Below are positions 57,395 to 64,000 of a stretch of DNA of 64,000 bases, in pieces (position 1 is the first letter of the stretch; each line of letters begins with the position of its first letter). The stretch spans positions 29,437-93,436 of the forward strand of contig DASRUN010000023.1 of the NCBI GenBank assembly GCA_035655435.1, in the 5' to 3' direction. The notes below the pieces were generated by a model that did not search any database, was not told where the DNA came from, and was given only the letters and a program-made list of their open reading frames with translations. Origin of the DNA: an archaeon. Lineage in GTDB: Archaea; Iainarchaeota; Iainarchaeia; Iainarchaeales; Iainarchaeaceae. The translations under genes and the position numbers were made by a program.

Positions 57395-58173
57395 GTTTTA
57401 CGGAACTTTGGGATCTTAGAACTGATAAGTTGATCGCGGAATTAAAACAAGGAAAAAGACTTGACGCGAGAAAAGTTGATGAAATAAGAAAACCGATAAT
57501 AACAGAGGATGTCAGCGAAAACGCTGACGGACAAGCAAGAGTAAAGCTTGGTGAAACAGATGTAATTGCCGGAGTAAAAATGATTGTAGGAGAACCATAT
57601 CCTGATTCCCCTAATCAGGGGAGTATTAGCGTTGGCGCGGAATTATTGCCGCTTGCCGATCCTGAATACGAAAGCGGTCCCCCGAGAGAGGAAGCAATCG
57701 AACTCTCAAGAGTTGTTGATAGGGGTATTAGAGAATCCGGGGCAATTAATTTTGAGGATCTCTCAATTGTTTCGGGAGAAAAATCTTGGATTGGTTTTGT
57801 GGATATTTATATCCTGAACAATGATGGGAATCTCTTTGATGCATGCGGAATTGCCGCTTTGAAAGCACTTTTGAATACAAAATTGCCAAAGCTTGAAGAC
57901 CACAAAATTGTGAAAGGAGAATATTCAGGAAAATTGAAGTTGAATGCAAAACCTATTCTCAATACTTTTGCAAAAATAGGAAACACTGTTGTTGCCGATC
58001 CTACTCTTTTGGAGGAAAAGGCAATGACATCAAGGTTTTCGGTTGCGGTTACGGAAAACGATGATATAACCGCTTTCCAGAAAGGATTGGGCGGTTCGTT
58101 TAAAATAGAGGAAATAAACGCTGCAATAGACCTGAGTTTCAAGAACAGCAAACAAATAAGAAAGTTATTGTAG
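57391..58173 (+). CDS. rrp42: exosome subunit Rrp42
   Basis: RNase PH-like, overlaps rrp41 by 4 nt. Confidence 0.9.
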   Translation: MSFTELWDLRTDKLIAELKQGKRLDARKVDEIRKPIITEDVSENADGQARVKLGETDVIAGVKMIVGEPYPDSPNQGSISVGAELLPLADPEYESGPPREEAIELSRVVDRGIRESGAINFEDLSIVSGEKSWIGFVDIYILNNDGNLFDACGIAALKALLNTKLPKLEDHKIVKGEYSGKLKLNAKPILNTFAKIGNTVVADPTLLEEKAMTSRFSVAVTENDDITAFQKGLGGSFKIEEINAAIDLSFKNSKQIRKLL

Positions 58174-58184
58174 GAGTTTTTAGT

Positions 58185-58601
58185 ATGGGTGACACCAAAA
58201 AAGTCGGAAGTACAGGCCGTTTCGGCGCAAGATACGGGGTTGGCATTAGGAAAAAACTCTTGAAAGTAGAGCCATTGCAATTGCAAAAGCAAAAGTGTCC
58301 TAATTGCGGTTCTTTGGTCTTAAAAAGGCTCAGCAAGGGTATTTTCAAATGCAGGAAATGCGACTATAAATTTGTCGGCGGAGCTTATCTTCCAAAAACC
58401 CTTACGGGCGGGCTTATTTATCAAATGGTTTCCCAGAAGAAATTTGCTCCTGAATCAATAACTGCATTGGAAAAACATAAGGAAAAATCAGAACCTGTTA
58501 GTGAAGAAGTGAAGGATTCAAAGAAGGAATCAAAGGAATCCAAGAAAGAATCCAAACCAAAAAAAGTTGATAAAAAAACTAAAACTCAGGAGGGTGAGTA
58601 A
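58185..58601 (+). CDS. rpl37ae: ribosomal protein L37ae with Lys/Glu-rich C-terminal extension
   Basis: GRFGARYG...CPNCG...CRKCDY zinc ribbon. Confidence 0.9.
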   Translation: MGDTKKVGSTGRFGARYGVGIRKKLLKVEPLQLQKQKCPNCGSLVLKRLSKGIFKCRKCDYKFVGGAYLPKTLTGGLIYQMVSQKKFAPESITALEKHKEKSEPVSEEVKDSKKESKESKKESKPKKVDKKTKTQEGE

Positions 58602-58603
58602 AA

Positions 58604-58735
58604 ATGTATCTTTGTTTAAAATGCCATAAGACAGTTGATTCGCTTCCAATGGGTGCTGTTAGATGCCCTAGTTGCGGTAACAAGATCTTTTCAAAAATGA
58701 GGGATCCGATTACAAAAACAATTAAGGCTTTATAA
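58604..58735 (+). CDS. rpoP: RNA polymerase subunit P (Rpo12/RpoP)
   Basis: 43 aa, CLKC...CPSCGN zinc ribbon. Confidence 0.75.
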   Translation: MYLCLKCHKTVDSLPMGAVRCPSCGNKIFSKMRDPITKTIKAL

Positions 58736-58751
58736 TTTCCGGATTTTTTTT

Positions 58752-58988
58752 ATGCCTGAAGTAATAAAGGAATTTGTTTTTCCAAGCGAAGCAAAAGCAA
58801 TTGCTGTTGCAAGAGCAATTCTCCCTGAACTCAATAAATCTTATCAAAAGCGTTCAAAAACCTTAATAAAAACCAATAAAAATGTTGTTTTACTTAAGAT
58901 TGTTGCCGAGGATGAACATTCTCTTCGCGCTTCACTAACCTCTTTCAAGGGTTTGTTGGAGTTGGGAAAAAATGTTTCTGAAATTTGA
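58752..58988 (+). CDS. KEOPS subunit Pcc1-like (tentative)
   Basis: 78 aa, position between rpoP and prefoldin beta as in archaeal superoperon. Confidence 0.5.
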   Translation: MPEVIKEFVFPSEAKAIAVARAILPELNKSYQKRSKTLIKTNKNVVLLKIVAEDEHSLRASLTSFKGLLELGKNVSEI

Positions 58989-59002
58989 GAGGTTGATTTG
59001 AA

Positions 59003-59356
59003 ATGGATGACATGAACAAGACAATTCAAGAGTTTGAAAGAAGCAGGATGCAATTGGCCGGAATAGAAAGTCAGGCTAGAAATCTTGAAATACAAAGCCA
59101 AGTCCTTGATGAAGCCATAAAAGAATTGGATAAATCAAAGCAGGATAAAGTTTACAAGGCTGTTGGAAATATTCTGATTCAAGCTGATGCAAAAGAAGTT
59201 GCAAAAGATCTTAAAGAGCAAAAAGAAACTCTTGATCTTAGAGCTAAGACAGTGAAAAAACAGGAGCAAACAATTACGGATAAGTTGAATAAACTTAAAA
59301 CCGAAATTGAGGCTTCTCAGAAAGAAAAAGGAAAAGGGGTTAAAGAGGCAAAGTAA
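59003..59356 (+). CDS. pfdB: prefoldin beta subunit
   Basis: Two coiled-coil segments flanking beta hairpin. Confidence 0.8.
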   Translation: MDDMNKTIQEFERSRMQLAGIESQARNLEIQSQVLDEAIKELDKSKQDKVYKAVGNILIQADAKEVAKDLKEQKETLDLRAKTVKKQEQTITDKLNKLKTEIEASQKEKGKGVKEAK

Positions 59357-60358
59357 ATGCCCTTTGATCTTTCCCGGATTTATAATAAAAAAACCCTTCT
59401 TCTTACGCATACAGCGGCAGATGTTGATTCATTTGCAAGCGCTGCAGCAATCTACTTTTGTTTAAATAAAAAATCTACTTTAACTATTGGTGTTCCGGAT
59501 CACATGAATTTGAATGCAAAAGCCCTTGCAGAAAAACTGAATGTTCCCTATCAAATCAATCCTCCTTTCAAAGATTTTGATGCAATCGTTTGCCTGGATT
59601 TCAATAAGAGTTCTATGATTGGTTCGAAGCAAAATGATTTCCTTGCTTTTGAAGGAGAAAAATTTTTGATTGATCATCATGTTGAGGATGAAGAAAAAAT
59701 TGTTTCAAAGAACAATTCTTTTACCTCGACAAAAGCTGTTTCCGCAACCGAACTTGTTTATGAATTGTTGAAAAAATCAAAGCAAAAAATTCCAAAAGAA
59801 AGTTATGCCTGCATCGGCGCCGGAATAATCACAGATTCATCCTCTTTTCTTATTGCCGATCACAAAACCTTTGGAATAATGAGCGAGGTTATGGAAAAAG
59901 ATAATATTCCTTACAGTTATCTTATTGATTTGATTAAGGTTCGGAAGGATTTTTCTGAAAAAATTGCTTCTCTAAAAGCTGCGAAGCGCGCGAGGATTTT
60001 CAAATTCAATGATGTTATTATTGCAATTTCCGATGTTGGTTCTTTTGAAGCGGAGAGTGCTTCCGCTCTTATTAGATTGGGTGCCGATGTTGCTTTTTGC
60101 GGTTTTTCTGAAAAAAATCTTATTAGAATTAGTGCGCGCGTTAACAATGCTTGGAGGCAGAAAACAAAATTTGATTTGGCAAAGGATGTTTTGAATAATT
60201 TGGGAAAACATTTTCCCGGGAAAGGCGGCGGTCATGCCGGGGCTGCAGGTTTTAATGGTTCGGGGGATGATGTTTCAAAGCATTTGGAAAAGTGTGTTGA
60301 ATTAACAAAGGATTTTTTGGCTAAAAAAGAAAAAGGAAATTTGAAGGAATATACTTAA
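59357..60358 (+). CDS. DHH-family phosphoesterase (DHH + DHHA1)
   Basis: LLTHTAADVDSFAS, LIDHH, GGGHAGAAGF motifs. Confidence 0.8.
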   Translation: MPFDLSRIYNKKTLLLTHTAADVDSFASAAAIYFCLNKKSTLTIGVPDHMNLNAKALAEKLNVPYQINPPFKDFDAIVCLDFNKSSMIGSKQNDFLAFEGEKFLIDHHVEDEEKIVSKNNSFTSTKAVSATELVYELLKKSKQKIPKESYACIGAGIITDSSSFLIADHKTFGIMSEVMEKDNIPYSYLIDLIKVRKDFSEKIASLKAAKRARIFKFNDVIIAISDVGSFEAESASALIRLGADVAFCGFSEKNLIRISARVNNAWRQKTKFDLAKDVLNNLGKHFPGKGGGHAGAAGFNGSGDDVSKHLEKCVELTKDFLAKKEKGNLKEYT

Positions 60359-60653
60359 TTCAGCGCCAGGATTTTTTCTTAACTTCTAATTTCTTTATTT
60401 GTTCAAGTTCCTGTTTCGTAAACGGTTTGGCGTATTTTCTGTACTTTGTTTTTGCCCAGTGTTCCGGCTGTTTTTTTCTGAGCTTTTGCTCCTGCTCAAG
60501 GAGCTGCCTTGTAAGTTCCTCAGTCGCTGTTCCCAGCATTATTTAATCCCACCAAACAATATTGCGCTTTTGAAATATTTAAAGAAAGCGGTTGTTTGAG
60601 CCTTGTAGGTTAATTCGACAAACCATAAAAAGAGTTAATAACATCAGGTTTTA

Positions 60654-61226
60654 TTGGTAGTGAATCTTATGTCTCAAGAATATACTGGGCCAACAAATTA
60701 CTATCAAATACGAATTGATGAGGCTCCAAACGGACTTGATAGCTTTGAAGACTATGTTGCCTACTATAAACAAAACTATTCTGTATTGCTTAAAAACAAA
60801 GTTTTACCATTTTTAGACAAATTAACTCAAAAAGGATTGATTGAAAAATATCACTTTTTATCACATCCAAAATCTTACGATCAAAATGCAAAGCTAATAG
60901 AAAAACGGCCAATCTTTGATTTAAGAATTAGACTTATGGATCTTAACAATCTTGAAGAAGTGAAAACAATTCTTTCACTAAGTACATTGCACGTGTTTGA
61001 CATGGATAAATGGGGAAATAAAAACGATACTAAAGTTAGGTTAACTATTCTCCATAATGTCGCAGAGATTGTTAGGTCGCTTATAGAAAATGAACAATTG
61101 GATTTGCAAAATTCTGAGGATTATGAAATTGCAATACATTGGCTTTGCAATGTAGGTGTTGTTGATACTGTAAGTGAATTAGAGATTTATAAAAAAAGAT
61201 TAGGCCATATGGGAGTTAGACTTTAA
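60654..61226 (+). CDS. hypothetical protein
   Basis: ORF only. Confidence 0.4.
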   Translation: MVVNLMSQEYTGPTNYYQIRIDEAPNGLDSFEDYVAYYKQNYSVLLKNKVLPFLDKLTQKGLIEKYHFLSHPKSYDQNAKLIEKRPIFDLRIRLMDLNNLEEVKTILSLSTLHVFDMDKWGNKNDTKVRLTILHNVAEIVRSLIENEQLDLQNSEDYEIAIHWLCNVGVVDTVSELEIYKKRLGHMGVRL

Positions 61227-61229
61227 ACA

Positions 61230-61527
61230 GGAATTAAACGTCAATAAGGGTCTTCTTTTTTGGATCGCCAATTCCGCCCTTTATGATATGATTAGGATTA
61301 CAATAAGAGCAAGTTCTAAAACAATGGCATAAGTAGTTTAGAAGCAATTCAACTATACGCTTAAATAAATAGCTATATTTTTAACTTTTTATTGGTCATT
61401 AACTATCTAATGCATATAAATTAATTTATTAACTATATTTTGAGATATAAAATTAAATTATGATACATATTTTAGGTTTTTTAACGTATTAGTTAACTTT
61501 TTATATCTAATTCATGTTAAATAGTAT
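61230..61527. other. extremely AT-rich (about 85%) spacer with repeated TTAACTAT/TTAACT words
   Basis: cattaactatctaat, tattaactatatttt, tagttaacttttt. Confidence 0.4.
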
Positions 61528-62853
61528 ATGAAAAAGTTTACTATATTAAAATTTTTAACCGAGACATCAGACGGACTATATCCAAAAGATATCTCAAAAA
61601 AAGCCGAAACAACTAAATCTAATGTATACGGGTATCTTAGAGAACTTAGAAGAGATAATCTCATTATTACAAAATCTAATGGGCAAATAATACCTAATCA
61701 AAAAAACCAAAAAGTTTTGACGATATTAAATATCCAATCGATGGCACACGATAATTTTGATCAACTTATTTCCCCCAAATTTGGCATACTATTGAATAAA
61801 TTATCACAATCCTTAACTGTAAAGCATAACTCATTAAGTCAAATGGAAAATCTTAGAATCAAAAAAATAGGGATTCCAAGAAGAATTATACTTCAGATAT
61901 CTAAAAGGCCCGGAATTTATATTCTTAAGTTGAATGAAGCATTAACTAAAGAATTAATTAAATATTTTGATATTTATCCTTCTTTTTCAGAAATAGAATT
62001 TAATAAATTGCTAGAAAAAATACCTCCGAGAAAAGAAAGAACTACAATAAAAACAACTGAAAGTGATCCTGAAGTAAAAATAGCATGCGATAAATTTCAT
62101 ATTTCTGGCTATGATGATATTTTAAGTAAGATTAAGACATTTATTCTAGATGAACGCAGCACTATATTACTGGATAAAGTAAATTTAGCGAATAAAGAAT
62201 ATGTCCTTTTTCTAAACTCATTAGATTTGCCAACTAGAACTGAAATAATAAGTCGTTGGAAAAGTAGGTATATATACAATACTAATCAAATTGAAGGAAA
62301 CACTTTGACTGAAGAAGAAGTTGAAACTCTTCTAAAAACTGGATTGCAACCAGTCAATGCAACTGCTAGAGAAATCCACGAAACTAATAACATGCGACAT
62401 GCTCTAGAATATTTGGAATTAAAAAAAAATGAAGAAATTAATATTGAATTAATGAAAGAAATTCATTTTCAAATACAAAAAGACATTAAACCAGATGCTG
62501 GCAGATTTAAAACTAGTTACAATTGCGTTTCTAATAATCCTACAACTCCGCCTCAATTTGTAAAAGAAGGGCTTGAAAAATTAGTGCAGTGGTATAAAGA
62601 AAATAAAACTATGAACCCATTTGTTTTGGCATCTATTTTCCATATGCAGTTTGAAATAATTCATCCTTTTTCTGATGGGAATGGAAGAGTAGGTAGGCTT
62701 GTTTCTAATCACATAATGCAACAAAATGGTTTTTTGCCCGTTACAATTTTACAGAAAACAAAACAAGAATATTATAGAGCAATTCAAAATCAAAGTATTC
62801 AACACTTTCTTCTTTATAGTTTGAGTACATTTATAGAAGAATATAAACGTTAA
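61528..62853 (+). CDS. fic: Fic/Doc-family protein with N-terminal winged-HTH
   Basis: HPFSDGNGRVGR Fic motif; N-terminal wHTH (YGYLRELRRDNLIITK). Confidence 0.85.
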   Translation: MKKFTILKFLTETSDGLYPKDISKKAETTKSNVYGYLRELRRDNLIITKSNGQIIPNQKNQKVLTILNIQSMAHDNFDQLISPKFGILLNKLSQSLTVKHNSLSQMENLRIKKIGIPRRIILQISKRPGIYILKLNEALTKELIKYFDIYPSFSEIEFNKLLEKIPPRKERTTIKTTESDPEVKIACDKFHISGYDDILSKIKTFILDERSTILLDKVNLANKEYVLFLNSLDLPTRTEIISRWKSRYIYNTNQIEGNTLTEEEVETLLKTGLQPVNATAREIHETNNMRHALEYLELKKNEEINIELMKEIHFQIQKDIKPDAGRFKTSYNCVSNNPTTPPQFVKEGLEKLVQWYKENKTMNPFVLASIFHMQFEIIHPFSDGNGRVGRLVSNHIMQQNGFLPVTILQKTKQEYYRAIQNQSIQHFLLYSLSTFIEEYKR

Positions 62854-62992
62854 TACTTGGTTTAGAGCAAATTCCCATTCTGATTCATAAAATCTACTTT
62901 CTAGTAAAAGCCTAGCTAAATAATACAAATTAATCTATAATGCCTCTTAAAAGTGCTTATTTATCTACGGGTCTGGTTGTTTAGTTCCATGG

Positions 62993-63310
62993 TTATATAT
63001 TCTTCAATCTCAAAAAGCAATTTTCGCAAATAAATTTTTCTTTGAAATCCATTCCCGCTTCTTGTTGTTCGTTGCAAAGAATGCATTCCCTTGCGTTTTC
63101 CAATGCTCTGTGTCTGTTGCTCCATTCGTGGAGTAATTCCCATTCAACCCAGTTTGGAAGAACAAGTTCTTTGAGAACGGTTTTGTCGTTCTGTTGTATT
63201 CTTTTCAATTGCACGGGAAGAATTGTGTTTGTAAGGTTTTCAAGGAATTTGATTCTGTCATTTTGACCGCGCTTAACAAACTCCAATCTTCTCTGTTCCC
63301 ATAAATCCAT
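62993..63310 (-). CDS. hypothetical protein with C-terminal CxxC..CxxC zinc ribbon
   Basis: CILCNEQ...CENCF. Confidence 0.4.
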   Translation of the reverse strand: MDLWEQRRLEFVKRGQNDRIKFLENLTNTILPVQLKRIQQNDKTVLKELVLPNWVEWELLHEWSNRHRALENARECILCNEQQEAGMDFKEKFICENCFLRLKNI

Positions 63311-63371
63311 CTAAAAGAAAAGGGTTTTTCCATATTTATTTGTTGTGATTTTTAAAAAAATCAGTTTTTTT

Positions 63372-63722
63372 TCAAATATACACTATTTTATTCCCGGTTC
63401 TGAATTTGAGCCTTTCCGCATATCGTATCAAGTAGTGTGCGGTGCTTTTTGAAATTCCGGTTATTTTTTCTATTTCGCGAAAGGTTCTATTGTCTTTGTG
63501 CAGTTCTACGATTTCGCGCATTTTGTTTAAATCCAAATCAAGCGGTCGGCCGCGTGCAGTTTCAATGGAAATTGTTGCGCCCGAACTTTGGATGAGTTTT
63601 TTTGCTTTTTTGCTCATTCTTTGTTCCGCGCTTTTTGGCATGAAAATTTGTTTAGCTCCGCTTTTCAAGGCTTTTTCAATTTCCTTTAATTTCGGTGCTC
63701 GTGCAAAATGTATCTTATCCAT
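63372..63722 (-). CDS. resolvase-type HTH_7 protein; looks like C-terminal remnant of a serine recombinase
   Basis: ETARGRPLDLDLNKMREIVELHKDNRTFREIEKITGISKSTAHYLIRY matches GRP + HTH of resolvases; no catalytic domain. Confidence 0.5.
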   Translation of the reverse strand: MDKIHFARAPKLKEIEKALKSGAKQIFMPKSAEQRMSKKAKKLIQSSGATISIETARGRPLDLDLNKMREIVELHKDNRTFREIEKITGISKSTAHYLIRYAERLKFRTGNKIVYI

Positions 63723-63887
63723 TCGGGGACACCTCCCCGATGAGAGGTATCCTATTTTCGGCTTTTAGCCTCAATAGGTTTTGCTCATGTTGTTCGCTTT
63801 GTTTAATCATAACCAACTCGTTTTTGGTACGCGTAACGTTTTTAAGTAATTGTTGGCGCGTTTTGTTTGTATACAGTGACGCTTTCA

Positions 63888-64000
63888 TGGCTTTTAAATT
63901 TAATTCTATTGAGGAGGCTGCAGATTCTTTGCGGAAAGGAGACTTAATCGTACTTGTAGATGATGAGCAGCGCGAGAATGAGGGCGATTTAGTTTTAGCC
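63888..64000 (+). CDS. ribB: 3,4-dihydroxy-2-butanone 4-phosphate synthase (RibB), 3' end outside window
   Basis: MAFKFNSIEEAADSLRKGDLIVLVDDEQRENEGDLVLA classic N-terminus. Confidence 0.8.

Overview
This 64 kb window is AT-rich (about 35% GC). It is an archaeal chromosomal segment with DPANN-like gene content (Nano-/Woese-/Pacearchaeota type). It is densely packed with core information-processing genes. These include the exosome/proteasome superoperon (Rpp30, Pop5, PsmA, SBDS, Rrp4, Rrp41, Rrp42, L37ae, RpoP, Pcc1-like, prefoldin beta, DHH) and ribosomal proteins (L10e, L15e, L21e?, S8e?). Translation factors are present (aRF1, aIF1A, aIF2beta, aIF5A), as are Top6A/B, MCM, MetRS, pyruvate kinase, Rio1, a KH/Dim2-like protein, Dph2, TtuA/NcsA and YggS. 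Three essential genes (aRF1, Top6A, MCM) each carry a large intein with a LAGLIDADG endonuclease domain. metG carries an apparent +1 frameshift inside the HIGH motif. Three tRNA genes are on the minus strand: Val-GAC with no intron; Ala-GGC with a 43-nt intron in the D-arm; and a 146-nt tRNA, probably Cys-GCA, with a 76-nt intron. An orphan tRNA 3' half-like element and tRNA 3'-end duplicates or repeats are also present. Several short GC-rich structured intergenic islands are likely ncRNAs of unresolved class. Accessory content includes: a lipoprotein plus a 911-aa secreted protein with TSP1-like Trp/Cys modules; a Cys-rich repeat membrane protein; a roadblock-like x2 / MinD / Sm operon; a PEF-CTERM protein; an orphan HicB-like ORF; and a small island (HTH-Fic, Zn-ribbon protein, truncated serine-recombinase remnant) next to an extremely AT-rich spacer. 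No CRISPR array and no rRNA were found.
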